Positions 24,614 to 37,807 of a DNA stretch of 64,000 bases are shown piece by piece. Made by a program: the position numbers and the translations under genes. Position 1 is the first letter of the stretch, and each line of letters opens with the position of its first letter. The notes below the pieces were generated by a model that was not told the DNA's origin, made no database searches, and was given only the letters and a program-made list of their open reading frames with translations. Source of the stretch: Octopus sinensis (Eukaryota); assembly GCF_006345805.1 (NCBI RefSeq), contig NC_042999.1, forward strand, positions 67,704,001 through 67,768,000. The letters are read 5' to 3'.

Positions 24614-24620
24614 TGTGTAG
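23620..24620. repeat. Compound (TA)/(TG)/(CA) microsatellite field
   Basis: Dinucleotide mosaics; similar fields at 45730-46300, 46900-47120 and 52620-52960; (ATAC)n at 21903-21990. Confidence 0.9.
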
Positions 24621-24684
24621 AGTGTTTGAAGAGGTGTACAGATATTGAATATTGAGAAAAAGGAGGCAGAATTATGGATAATCC

Positions 24685-24726
24685 TTTATTAGCGCTTTCA
24701 TTTGTTTATAAACTTGTCAAGACAAA
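24685..24726 (-). ncRNA. Minimal hammerhead-like motif (U3-A8 variant), left arm of the inverted repeat
   Basis: TTTGT(c)-TTGACAA-GTTT(ataaac)AAAT-GAAA-GCGC-TA-ATAAA; AGCGCT palindrome. Confidence 0.45.
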
Positions 24727-24893
24727 ATCAGAACGGTAAAAACAGAAATGAAATTTCAATGAATTGACCACACCAAATTGAAAAGTAACCCCTCTGTCTG
24801 TCTGTTTTTCTCTCTCTCGCTCTCTCTCTCTCTCTCTATCTATTCTTTCCTCATCTTTTATTATTATTATTATTTCTCTTCTTTCGTGATTGT

Positions 24894-25062
24894 CCTGACT
24901 ATGCATCAGAAGTTAGAAGGTTAGTGACTCTGGCCGGGTTTGCGGGAGAAGGGCTAGAGAGAGCAGCCCGGCTGGCGTTTGTGAATGGGTTCCCCGACAA
25001 TGTAGGGATTCACCTACAACGACTGCCTGGGATTAAAAAGATGCCGCTGAGCGAACTTATAT
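24894..25062 (+). mobile_element. Isolated LTR-retrotransposon (Gypsy-type) gag-like fragment
   Basis: Stop-free, GC-rich island in AT-rich DNA: PDYASEVRRLVTLAGFAGEGLERAARLAFVNGFPDNVGIHLQRLPGIKKMPLSELI. Assignment is from recalled similarity; needs an HMM search. Confidence 0.55.
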
Positions 25063-25331
25063 ATATCTCTCTTTCTCTCACCCTATCTATCTATTTATTC
25101 TTTCCCCATCCTTTATTATTATTATTATTATTATTATTATTTCTCCTCTTTCTTGATTGTCCCCCGAAACCTCTCTCACCATCTACCACCACCCCATCAC
25201 TTTTCTTTTCTTTCTCTCTCACCCTTTTTCCAAAAAAAAAACAACAGAACAATATTCTCTTCTAAACAAAACAAAATAATGTCCAATTCATATAAATGAA
25301 CAACAAAACATTCAGTTTTTACCATTTCGAT

Positions 25332-25373
25332 TTTGTCTTGACAAGTTCGTAAAGGAACGAAAGTGATAATAAA
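25332..25373 (+). ncRNA. Minimal hammerhead-like motif (U3-A8 variant), right arm of the inverted repeat
   Basis: TTTGT(c)-TTGACAA-GTTC(gtaaag)GAAC-GAAA-GTGA-TA-ATAAA. Confidence 0.45.
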
Positions 25374-25768
25374 GAATTATCCAAAATTCTGACTGCGTCC
25401 TTTTTCTTAATATATATTCTTTTATTCTTCTATTTGTTTCAGTTATTTGACTCTGGCCATGCTGGAGCACCGCCTTTAGTCATGCAAATCGACCCAGGAC
25501 TTATTCTTTGTAAGCCTAGTACTTATTCTATCGGTCTCTCTTGATGAACTGCTAAGTGAGAGACATAAACACACCAGCATCGGTTGTCAAGCTATGTTGG
25601 GGGGACAAAAACAGACACACAAACATATGCATACATATACATATATATATATATATATACGAAAGGCTTCTTTCAGTTTCCGTCTACCAAATCCACTCAC
25701 AAGGCTATAGCAGAAGACACTTACCCAAGGTGCCACACAGTGGAACTGAACAAGGAACCATGCGGTTG

Positions 25769-25800
<32 letters not shown>

Positions 25801-26045
25801 GCACATACACATGTATATACCAACACATATAAATAAACATCCACTCATATAGATTACTGCACAGGAAATAATTGGTTTAGTGCAGAACATAAACACGAGT
25901 GTGTGTGTATATGTGTGTAAAGTATGTATGTTCTGCACTAAACCAGTCTTGGAGCGACACAAAGAACATGCGTGCTTAACAACTGAAGGGTTGGGATTTC
26001 AACCTTGTTAGATCTCCTCAGTTTCTCACAGTTTTGTTAGAACTA

Positions 26046-26451
26046 TACTTTTTACTCTTTTACTTGTTTCAGTCATTTGACTGCAGCCATGCTGGAGCAC
26101 TGCCTTTAGTCGAGCAACTCGACCCCGGGACTTATTCTTTTGTAACCCCAGTACTTATTCTATCGGTCTCTTTTGCCGAACCGCTAAGTAACGGGGACAT
26201 AAACACACCAGCATTGGTTGTCAAGCAATGCTAGAGGGACAAACACAGACACACAAACACATACACACACATACATATACATATATACGATGGGCTTCTT
26301 TCAGTTTCCATCAACCAAATCCACTCAAAAGTCTTTGGTCAGCCCGAGGCTACAGTAGAAGACACTTGCCCAAGGTGCTACGCATTGGGACTGAACCCGG
26401 AACCATGTGGTTGGTAAACAAGCTACTTACCACACAGCCACTCCTACGCCT
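26046..26451 (-). mobile_element. SINE family A, full-length copy
   Basis: Reverse complement of the 10440-10836 type. Confidence 0.8.
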
Positions 26452-26611
26452 ATGGAATGTTAGCATGCCGGGCAAAATGCTTATTTTTAAGCATTTTGGT
26501 GCTTAATAAATTGAGTACCAGTTGCGTACTGGATAACTGCATACTTAATAAATTAAGTACCAGTTGCATAATTTAGTTTTGATCTTAACTGATTGGAAGT
26601 GTTATCACGGA

Positions 26612-27095
26612 CATTGTTTTGTATTGGTATAAAAGGTGGGTTAGAGCAAATATTCTGCTCAATACCACAGATTTGCTTGTCAGTTGTTTGACCATAACCA
26701 GTTGACCATGTTATTTAGTGGCTGATGATATGTGCATCTCTGACCACGAGCAGTAGTAGTTGGGGAGCATCATAGCTGTGCGTTGAAAGGAATTCTTAGA
26801 GGTTTGGATAATTCACCTTTGGAAACATGGGTGTTTCATTCAACATCCTTAAACAACCCTTATTCAGGGACCTTTTGAGCGGGATGGGTTACTTGACCAG
26901 AAGAAAATTTTAACTGGGTCCCACCTGCAAGGTCATGCGCTGTTTATCTTAATATGGGATCACCATGACGCGCACATTTGGTTGTGATGCATGTGCCTGA
27001 TGTGCTCTTATCAGATGGGTAGTCATGATGGGTATACTGGGCTTCGTATATTTTACCCCAGTGTCACTTTGATGGTATGCACTGCTCTCTCACTC
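26612..27095. repeat. Interspersed repeat family G (unclassified)
   Basis: About 450 bp highly similar to 15018-15425; partial inverted copy at 61010-61170. Confidence 0.7.
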
Positions 27096-27140
<45 letters not shown>

Positions 27141-27292
27141 TTTAATTTAACTTTAAAAAAAAAAAAAGATGAACGAACTATTGAGTTTGGTTTAATGGCC
27201 TACCAATAGTATACTATGAGTTTCTTTGCCCTAGGAGTCAGGAAGACACTCGGCAAGAAATGGAAGCAAATTTGAAAGAAGAAAAAAAAGTA

Positions 27293-27327
<35 letters not shown>

Positions 27328-27870
27328 AAGGATTTCTAACTTAGGCACAGAGACAGAAATTTTGAGGAGAGATATAGGTAATTACATCAACCTCAGAATT
27401 TGTCAAATACTTTATTTTATCAGCAAATGGAAAATATCTTTTTTTTTAAATTAAAAAAAAAAAAAGAAGTTTAGTTGACATAAGAAGGATTTGAACTAAG
27501 AACATAAAGCTAATGTAACTGAATATCTCATCCGAAACTCAACTGATTCTGTCATTCATTGCTCTAACAAAAACAATCTTTCTTTTATTCTAAGTTCAAA
27601 CTGTTCTTGACAACAATACGTATTTAGTTTTCTAACAGCTAACATTAGTGATTATGTTCTATTGGAGATTATCTGATCCCCTCTAATACCTTGGATAACA
27701 GTAGCTTTGTCTAACTCATCACACACATTCATATGTCACTATTGTTTATCCCTTCTTAATAAACATCTTGAGATTATAACTGCTTTTATATTTCATTGAA
27801 ACTGCTGCGGCATTTTCTTGAGCTTTCAACTATCATTGTTACAATTTACTTTATGTTATAACTTTAACAT

Positions 27871-28456
27871 TTAACCCTTTCAATACCAACATGTCTGAAA
27901 CCATCTCTGGCTCTGTAGTACAAATGTCTTGTTTTCATATGTTTTAAATTAAAATCTTCCGCTAAACCTTCGGCACAATTTATGTTCCTAACACCAACTT
28001 AATGATAACTAAGTTATTTTACTAAATTCTTTGTTATACTCTTTACTCTTTTACTTGTTTCAGTCATTTGACTGCGGCCATGCTGGAGCACCGCCTTTAA
28101 TCGAGCATCTCGACCCCAGGACTTATTCTTTTGTAAGCCCAGTACGTATTCTATCGCTAAGTAACGGGGACATAAACACACCAGCATCGGTTGTGAAGCA
28201 ATGCTAGGGGGATAAACACAGACACACGAACACACACACACATATATATATATATACATATATACGATGGGCTTCTTTCAGTTTCTGTCTACCAAATCCA
28301 CTCACAAGGCTTTGGTCGGCCCAAGGCTATAGTAGAAGACACTTGCCCAAGGTGCCACGCAGTGGGACTGAACCCGGAACCATGTGGTTGGTAAAGAAGC
28401 TACTTACCACACAGCCACTCCTGCGCCTATATTCAAAATTATGGTAAAAAGGTTAA
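27871..28456. mobile_element. Same piggyBac-like MITE family, inverted, interrupted by a SINE (about 28030-28428)
   Basis: 27871-28030 is the reverse complement of the 33.6-kb MITE body; the terminal remnant ttatggtaaaaaggttaa resumes after the SINE. Confidence 0.6.
28030..28428 (-). mobile_element. SINE family A, full-length copy nested in a MITE
   Basis: Reverse complement of family A; CpG-rich, suggesting a young copy. Confidence 0.8.
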
Positions 28457-29117
28457 AAATAAACGAGTCACAACTTTGATTGAGATAACTGTTGTCGTCT
28501 TCATCTTCTTCTTTGTCTGCTTCTTCTTCTTCTTCTTCTTCTTCCAATCAGGACTCACACCATTAGCCACAAAGAATAATCTCTAATTCGAGCCTACTCT
28601 AAGCTACTAAGAATGAATGTGGCAACTTGAAGGTCCACCCACCACATGCAATAGACTGGTGGCTGCACGGGTGCAAAAGCTACATTGTTATCCTCATTCC
28701 ATAAATGGTGGCTTTTAACGGGTGGAGAGCTGAACCATCCTGGGGTACAGAGGATTCGCAATCTAGACTAGTGTCTGAAACTTTAGCACACCATAGTGGG
28801 TTACACCATGGTTCCTCTGCTTTGTGGCAGAAGTAGGAAGAAAGAGTGAGAGAAAGTTGTGGTGAAAGAGTACAGTGGGGTTTCTCCACTCCCACCCCTG
28901 CCGGAGCCTTGTGGAGCTTAGGTGTTTTTGCTCAATAAACACTCACAATGCCCGGTCTGGGAATTGAAACTTATGACCACAAGTCTGCTGCCCTAACCAC
29001 TGAGCCATTGTGCCTCCACTACTACTGTTGTTGTTGCTGCCATAAACACGGTTTAACCCTAGGTGAACCCTTATGAATAAGGGTATTTCTGCCATAATCA
29101 TCCTAAACACTATAAAG

Positions 29118-29336
29118 TATGAAGGGTGCTTAAAAGTTCCTGGCTTTGGGTAAAAGAAAATACAAAAGAATCTGTTAATTATGATTTTATTCAGCATATT
29201 CCATTCCCTGATTCACACACTTATTGCAGCAGTCTTTCAGTTTTACTAAGCCCTGTAAAAGATCTCAAAAGGTTGGGCCTCCAACCAAGCCCTTTGTAAT
29301 ACCTTTAAAGCCAGGAACTTTTCAGCACCCCGCATA
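29118..29336. mobile_element. Tc1/mariner-type MITE
   Basis: About 30-bp TIRs (tatgaagggtgcttaaaagttcctggcttt vs rc tatgcggggtgctgaaaagttcctggcttt), TA ends, no ORF. Confidence 0.8.
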
Positions 29337-31311
29337 TGTCTTGGATTACATTAATGTATCCATTTATGGTTTTCTTTTTATTAAAGACAGCAAGGAGAAG
29401 TTTTGAAGGAGACTTGGCTGTTATTTCAAGCAAATTGAAGTATCTTACATACTCCCTCATGACCTCAAAGGTCTGGGAATATGTACAACATGTTTTTTTT
29501 TTGTAATGATTTGGCAAATGGCATTGATACACCATCTCAGAACTTTGTAGAATCTCTCAAGTGGAGAAGATATATTTCCTCTTTTCTACTTTGTAAATTA
29601 TCGAAAGAAAAAATGGTGACCAGAGATTGTATATTTTGTCTAGCCATTGTTTACATAACTAATATTACTTCCCATATACTAAAAAAAAAATTGTGACTTT
29701 CTAAATAAGTCTAAGCTTTGATGGATGTAGTAGTAGTTGTTGTTGTTGTTTTTATTGTGTAATCTCTGGTTAGTTCTGACTAAGCAAATCTGCGGATTAT
29801 AGACATTCTAGCAGTCATCATCTCACCTTTCTTTAAAGCATAACGCATTCAAAACTACAATATCTTTGATACATATGTCTCCATTCCTTTATATTTTTTG
29901 AATACTATCATGTATGATTTAAGGGAAATTTGGCTGCTATTTCTAGCAGTCTGAGTGTCCTCCTAGTTAGTTGGTCTGGCTGCCATTCTAGTTTGTTTGT
30001 ATTCTGCTATTGGTGACTGATAGGATTTTCTCAGTCTGTACAGTGTACTGAAATGGTTTTAGAGAAGGATTATGCTTGCTTACTACAGTATTTAGGTTAT
30101 ATATTCATTAAGGACATAGTGTTTGATTATGTAATTTAATCCCTTGGGAGAGATAATGGAGGGAGGAGAAATACTGTCAGAAATATTTATGTGCAAATAA
30201 ATATCTCATGTTTTTTACTAAGGTATGGCCGTGTGGTAAGGAGTCTGCTTCTCAACTGCATGACTGGGTTCAGTCCCACAGTAGGGAACCTTAGACAAGT
30301 ATCTTCTATAGCCCTGGATCAACCAAAGTCTAAAGAGTGAACTTGGCAGCCAGAAACTGAAATAAGCCTGTTGTATGTATGTATGTATATCTCTTCTATT
30401 TTTTAATTATCATAAATCTTCCACTGATGATGATTTCACTTAAGCATAACAATATTAACAGCCAGTTGTTTGAACTCAATATACGTGTACTTTAGAGTAA
30501 AGCATTAGGCAAGTACAGGGCTTAATATTAATTAAGAAGTGACAAGAGAACAGGAGTCACACAGTCATATTCATTAGCTTACAACTGTTTCTGTTGCAGA
30601 AAGCAGTCCACATAGAGCTGAGTTATTGGGCAACATCCAATAGGTTCCTTGGATGTTTTTTTTTTATCTTTTATTTGTTTTAATTATTAGTCTGTGGCCA
30701 GGCTGGGGCATCGTCTTCAAGAATTTAGCTGAACAAATCAACCCCCAGTACTTATGTTTTGTAAAGCCTGGAACTTATTCTATTGGTCTCTTTTGCTGAA
30801 TTGCTAAGTTACAGGGGCATAAACACACCAACACTGGCTGTCAACAAGTGGTTGGGGAGAAACACAGACACAAATGCTCACATACACACACAAGTGCTCA
30901 CACACACACACACAAAGGCTTATACACACACGCACAAAGGCTTACACACACACAAAGGCTCACATACACACACACAAAGGCTCACACATACACACACAAA
31001 GGCTCACACATACAAACATATATAAGCAACAGGCTTCTTTCAGTTTCCGTCTACCAAATCCACTCACAAGGCTTTGGTTGGACCGAGGCTGGAGTAGAAG
31101 ACTGAACTTGGAACCATGGCATTAAGAGGCAAAATTCTTACCACACACACACACACATACACAATAGGCTTCTTTCAGTTTCTAGAGCAGAAGACAAGAC
31201 ACTTGTACAAATTGCCAGGCTGTGGGATTGATCCTGAAATCATGGGATTGGGAAGTGAATTTAAGCCACAATTCTAATATAAGAAACAAACTAAGAAGCT
31301 AAATGACTTAC

Positions 31312-31471
31312 CACAAATGGTGGAACACAAACACTCAAAGAATATACAGCTTCATCAGAAACTTCAGCATGAAATGCAAAATCCACAAAAAGACTTTCTT
31401 TTGAAGAATGTGAGAGCTCAGCATCTATACAAGAAAAGTTGTTCCGTCGCATTGGGAAGACATTTGTCCAT
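31312..31471 (-). CDS. PLPPR: PLPPR-like coding exon 2 (first loop + start of TM2); not in the ORF track
   Basis: Acceptor ttttgtcttttgtag, donor GTG|gtaagt, 160 nt, phase 2 to 0. Encodes (R)WTNVFPMRRNNFSCIDAELSHSSKESLFVDFAFHAEVSDEAVYSLSVCVPPFV; the F-x-C-x-D pattern matches the LPP/PLPPR 'FFCxD' loop. Confidence 0.9.
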
Positions 31472-33571
31472 CTACAAAAGACAAAAAAAAAAAGCCATAA
31501 AGTTATATGATGAAATAAATATTTATTTCAAAACATTGCATATTTTAAAGAAAAAAACAGTCAAAGAAAAATATCAAAACAAAGAAAAAAATGATAATTG
31601 ATTTTTAAAAATGGTTGAAACTTTTGGAATTTTGACCAATTTCTATTTGACAAAAGAAACTGATAGAATAAGTGTCAAAGCTAAAAAAATAAGTACTAGG
31701 GGTGATTTGTTAATCAAAAACTCTTTAAGGTGATGCCCCAGCATGGCTGTAGTGCAATGACTGGAACATGTAAAAGGATCAGGTCAGGTCAGGGATGGGA
31801 GCACCTGTTTTTTAATCTTTTATCTTTTGCTTGTTTCAGTCATCAGATTGTGGCCATGCTGGAACACCACTTTGAGGAATTTTAATTGAATGAATTGACC
31901 TAAGTACTTGCTTTATTTTAAGCTTGGTGCTTATTCTATTGGTCTCTTTTGCTGAACTGTTAAGTCAAAAGGATGTAAACACACCAACACCGGTTGTCAA
32001 GCAGTGGAGGAGGAACAAACAGACACATGTATACCAAATCCACTCACAAGGCTTTAGTATTGGATATTATATAGGCGGTGAGCTGGCAGAAGTGTTAGTA
32101 CACTGGGCGAAATGCTTAGCAGTATTTCATCTGTCTTTATGTTCTGAGTTCAAATTCCACCGAGGTTGACTTTGCCTTTCATCCTCTCAAGGTCAATAAA
32201 TTAAGTACCAGTTGCATACAGGGGTTGATCTAATCAATTGGCCCCCCCTCCCCCAAAATTTCAGGCCTTGTGCTTAGAGTAGAAAAGTACTGGATATTGT
32301 TATACACCGCTAGTAACAATGCACTTCCTCACACACTTGTAGCTTTTGAATGATGCCACCCCACCGGCATATAATTTTGACAGATGAGTCATCATTAGTA
32401 GACAGTGGCAGTTTCCTTGCATGAAAATTCAATGGTTCTTCAGTCTGCTATATTGGAATGAATTTAATTAGAACAACAAGTAATGGATGAAGACTTTCCT
32501 GTCATTAGTCAACAACAGAACACAAGTTAACAGATGAAAGCTTTCCTTTTATTTGTCAGCAGCACAAGTGTTGTTTCAATCTCACATTATCACAAGTATT
32601 AATTAGCAATAAATCGAGAACTTCGTTTGGCTTAGAACAAGGGAACTCACTCTCAGGATAATAATGCTCTTATTCACCAGGTCATCGATCAGGACAGACA
32701 TCAAACTGATCAAAACACAACATAGATATAAACATTAAAAACACTATTTAATCATTTAAGATGAAATTAATAGTCCATAAAATTATTATCTTAAAAATTG
32801 ATTAGCTAGACAGTTGTTAAATCTTCACTTGTAGTATCTGCTTCATGTTTAGCCAAACGTCATTTTCCAATACTAAATCGATCAATTAAGTTTTGACTGT
32901 AACTTGGTAGGGGTAAAGGAACCAGGCAAATATTAGGGGTGTTTGAAAGAAATAAACAAATACATGTAGCAAGTAACTGCATCTAGAAATATATCCAAAG
33001 ACCCAGCCTTCAATAGTGACATTGCAATGAGTAACTGTTTTTAAAATAAGCATAAAGTCACAAATATGGGGAAGAAGTAGTTATTGGTTAAATTATTAAA
33101 TTTAATTATCAAAATTGACACCAGTATTTGACTGGTATTCTATTTTATTGACCCCCATATAGATGAAATGTGAAGGCACAATGGCTCATTGGTTAGGGCA
33201 GCAGACTTGCAGTCGGAGGATCGCGGTTCGATTCCTAGACTGGGTGTTGTGTGTGTTTATTGAGCAAAAACACCTAAAGCTCTACAAGGCTCTAGCAGGG
33301 GGTGGTGGCGACCCCTGTTGTACTCTTTCACCCCAACTTTCTCTCACTCTTTCTTCCTGTTTCTTGAGTAATGTTGCGATGGACTGGTGTCCTGTCCAGC
33401 TGGGGGGGGGGGAACACATACGCCACAGAAACCGAGAAACTGGGCCCATGAGCCTGGCTAGGCTTGAAAAGGGCGCATAAATAAAACAATAAGATGGATG
33501 AAATGTACAGTTAACTTTGGCAGGATTTGAAAGAAGAATGTAAAGAATGTAAATTTCAAGACTAAAACAAT

Positions 33572-33801
33572 TTAACCCTTTTGTTACCATGTTTCTGTTG
33601 AGATACTCTGTATTTCTTTCAATTAATTTTAAATATAACAAAGAATTTAGTAAAATAACTTAATTATCATTAAGCTAGTGTTAGGAACATAAATTGTGAC
33701 TAAGGTTTGGTGGAAGATTTTAATTCAAAACTTACGAAAACATGACATTTGTACTACAGAGCCAGAGGCAGTTTCAGCCGGGTTGGTATCAAAAGGGTTA
33801 A
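33572..33801. mobile_element. piggyBac-like MITE, copy 1
   Basis: TTAA-CCCTTTTG...CAAAAGGG-TTAA ends; body shared with 33825-34054 and 27871-28456. Confidence 0.75.
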
Positions 33802-33824
33802 GAATTGTTTCTCTGTTATATATT

Positions 33825-34054
33825 TTAACCTTTTCATTACCATATTTCTGTTGAGATGCTCTGTGTTTCTTTCAATTAATTTTAGATATAACAAAGAATT
33901 TAGTAAAATAACTTAGTTATCATTCAGTTAGTTTTAGGAACATAAATTGTGACTAAAGTTTGGTGGAAGATTTTAATTCAGAACTTTTGAAAACAAGACA
34001 TTTGTACCACAGAGCCAGAGGCAGTTTCAGCTGAGTTGGTAATGAAAAGGTTAA
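33825..34054. mobile_element. piggyBac-like MITE, copy 2
   Basis: TTAA-CCTTTTCATTACC...GGTAATGAAAAGG-TTAA; body very similar to copy 1. Confidence 0.75.
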
Positions 34055-34535
34055 CAAGGTGATGGATGCAAATATTCTCCTTTGATAGCAATACAAGTTA
34101 ACAAATGAAAGTATTGTCCTCATTTGTTAGCAGTGTATGTGAGTGTGGGTAATGAGTATGTTTGTGTCTCCTTGTCTTTAGGTCATGTGATAGCTGTAAA
34201 TGATTGTCACTGTCATACAAGCAGTGTCGTTCAGTTCCAGTTTTCTGTGAGAACATGTCTGACTGTGAAGAAGGGCATACAGCTGTAGAAAATCTGCTTC
34301 AATAATCTCTGTGTAACCCATGCAAGGTGGACACACATGCGCACACACAAAGTAAATATTTCCTAAGAAATTTTGATATGAGTTCAAGTTTAAATTCCAA
34401 ATTCCAGGGAAGTCAACTTTGTCTTTCATATTTTCATGGCTGATAAAATAAGTACCAGTTGAACACTGGGGTTGCTGTAATTAACTAGTCCCTCTACCAA
34501 AATTTCAAACCTTGTACCTATAGTAGAAAGGATTA

Positions 34536-34885
34536 GTGGAGATATTGTTTTCAGTCGTGTTTGTTTGTATGTTTGTTCGTCCGTGGACAAGAAATCTCAA
34601 AAACCACTGCATGGATTCAGATGAAACTTCCAGTGATGTTTGGTTTCATGACTGGCATGGACTGATTAGATTTTGGGATCGATCAGGTACTAGACAAGGA
34701 TTTTGGATTATTTTTCCAGTTTTTTTTACTTAATTTTTAAGAGAGGTCAGGTTCATTTTTAGTATTCTTGTTTGTTAGAGCAGTCGAGTTTATTTCAGAT
34801 ATGCTCATTTTAAAAATCATCCCCAGCTAATCGTTGAGAGGATGTTGGTGTTGCCTTGGCAGAGGTTTGTGCTCTCTGAGTGCTC
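34536..34885 (+). mobile_element. Non-autonomous Helitron/Helentron-like element (tentative)
   Basis: (gttt)-rich 5' part and 3' end ccttggcagaggtttgtgctctctgagtgct, recalled as typical of such metazoan elements. Confidence 0.35.
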
Positions 34886-37388
34886 GTTATCATTATTTTC
34901 ATTAGCATCTTTCAATTCTGTTTCCATTTCTTGCCGAGTGTCTTCTTGACCCCTAGGGCAGAGAAATGTACTGTATACATTGGTAAGCCATTAAGCTAAA
35001 CACACCAGAATGTTCATTTATAAAGTCATGTGATAGAGAAAAAAGGGGGAAGACAGAGAGAAGAAGGAAAAAATAAAAGTAAACAAATAAAATAAAGGGG
35101 GGAAAAAGAAAGAGAATTCACAGCGACAATGCTTTTCTCAATACTTGTGACGTTCCAGTTAAGACAATGAGTTAAGACAATGTCTATCCATACAGGATAA
35201 TATCTAACCCAGGTACTTAGCAAACAACCTAGAGCGGATGTGTCTCAAATCTAGCCCACCGCCTCACAAAATTTACTGATCACTGCTCTACATGCTTGTT
35301 CAACCTAACAGAAATAGCAGACAAATCTCCCACAAATCACATGCTATCTTCTTACAAAAGGAAGCAATTAGATTGGGCACACACACACACCACACACACA
35401 CACACATGTGCACACATACACACAAAAAAAAGAAAATAGCATGGTTAGGACATAACTTGAATGCCTTTTGGTCATAGACATGCTTGATCAAGGATCATAG
35501 CTAACCTGGGGCTAAATACTAGCACACTTTATCAGCTCTGTAAGGACATGGAAAATTAAAATGAAAAATAACAAGATTAAATTCCGAATTCTAGGGGACT
35601 CCACAGCTTCAAATGTTTTGTAAAGCCACCCACAGGTCTGTCTTAATTAAAAGCTTGTCTTAATTAGATAATGGATCAGATTTCGCTTGTGAATGACCTG
35701 TACAATCACACCCCAATCTGACATTTCAGCCTTATAGAAAAACATGTCTGTCAACTTATAACCCAAACAATTAGACATCTATTCTAGCTATGAAGTGTAT
35801 ACGCATTGTTGTGATAGCTTTGTTTATGTATCACAGTGATAGGTCTTATTACAATTTCTTTATAACAAACACTAGTCAAACATACCACCGCCCTGATCTG
35901 GATAAACAGGAATTCTATTTTAAAATTCGGTAACCAGTTACGAATCTAAATCCAACACTGTTGTCTTTTAAAACAGTCTATTTTGAAGCAGCACAAGTCT
36001 CAAGAATGCTAGAATTTCTTTTTTGGCTTGAATTTTTTTTTTACTGATTGACATAAAATAAACTGTTAGTTAGAAACTTTGCAATGTTAATGATGATGAG
36101 AATAATGTTGATAGGGATGATAATGATGTTGATGATGAGGATGATCATGAGAGAGAGCATATAGTTGTTTAGCCCCAGGTCAGCCCTGATCTAAGAGGCC
36201 TTAGAGCAAAGGGGTTGTAGTCACAAACATCCTAGCTTTCAATATAGCAGAGATTAGATTATCCAATATTTTCTTCCCTTTCTATCTAGGATGGTAAGAT
36301 GTGATTTGGGGGAGATTTGGTTGCTACTTCTAGCAGGTAGCATAACCACATAGAGGCTCCACTAGCAGTTTTAAAGATGGGTGGTTATGGAGAATTTTTT
36401 TACAAGTCAACTTTCATAAAAATATTGTGTAATTAAGAAGCTATTTTGCCACTGCCACATGGTTTCAGGTTCAGACCTACTACATGGTACCAGGGGCAAG
36501 TATCCCCTACAATAGCTCTGGGTCAACCAATGCCTTGTGACTGACTTTGGTGGATGAAAATTGAAAGAAGCCTGTCACATATGTGTGTGTATGCGTATGT
36601 GCATGTGTGTGTGTCTGTGTGTGTGTGTGTGCATGTTTATGTGTGTGTGTTTTTGTGTTTGTTCCACCACCACTTAATAACTGGTGTGGGCTTGTTTATG
36701 TCCCTGAGACTTAGTTGTTCAGCAAAAGAACCAATAAAATATGTACCGAAATTCAAAGCAATACGTTCAAACTGGATCAGCCAAGGCAGTGCTCCAGCAT
36801 GGCTGCAGTCTGATGACCGAAACAAGTAAAAGATAAAAGAATACTTTTGGTGAAGTGTGGTCATTTTAATTCTAACCTTTGACCTTGGATTGGTATAATT
36901 ATTAGAAATAAATTAAACCAATGACTGACTCACTGTAAATCTATAACCAAAGAAGTTATTGTCCACATGTCAGGATATTACACCAACAGCAACAACAACA
37001 AAATGTACTAAAATAAGTCATATTTGGTACATTCACTAATTGTCGTTAATTTATTGGAGGAAAGTACTTCCCTCTCCGGCCTCACCTTATTCTAATTGTA
37101 CTTGAAAAAAAAACTAGGATGAAGGATTGGCTAGATAGGAAAAGACATGTTCTGAAATTGCTCAGTCTTGTCTATTATAATATCTCTTTCACAATAGCCA
37201 TCAGACAATGGAAATCTATTCATATTTGTCAGTGAGAGGGGGACAGAGTGGGTGACTACAATCACCACAATGTGCTTGACCATCAATTAGATCCATCCCA
37301 CTTAAAAATATATAGCTGCTCAACAAAATGCTAAGTCAATTAAGTTCGGATGCTGAATAGGTGCACGGACAGGTTTGGCTGGTAGTGT

Positions 37389-37807
37389 TACTCTTTTACT
37401 TGTTTCGGTCACTTGACTGGCCATACTGGAGCACCACCTTTAGTCGAGCAAATCGACCCCAGGACTTATTCTTTGTAAGCCTAGTACTTATTCTGTCGGT
37501 CTCTCTTGCCGAACCGCTAAGTGACGGGGACTTAAACACACCAGCAGCAGCAGTTGTCAAGCAATGTTCGGGGAACAAACACAGATGCACAAACATATAC
37601 ACACACACATACATATATATAAATAAATATATATACATATATACGATGGGCTTCTTTCAGTTTCCGTCTACCAAATCCACTCACAAGGCTTTGGTCAGCT
37701 CAAGGCTATAGTAGAAGACACTTGCCCAAGGTGCCACGCAGTGGGATTGAACCTGGAACCATGTGGTTGGTAAGCAAACTACTTACCACACAGCCACTCC
37801 TACGCCT
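37389..37807 (-). mobile_element. SINE family A, full-length copy
   Basis: Reverse complement of family A. Confidence 0.8.

Noticed and set aside
35640-35670. Paired TAATTA homeodomain-like sites as an enhancer
   Set aside because: Such motifs are frequent by chance in AT-rich DNA.
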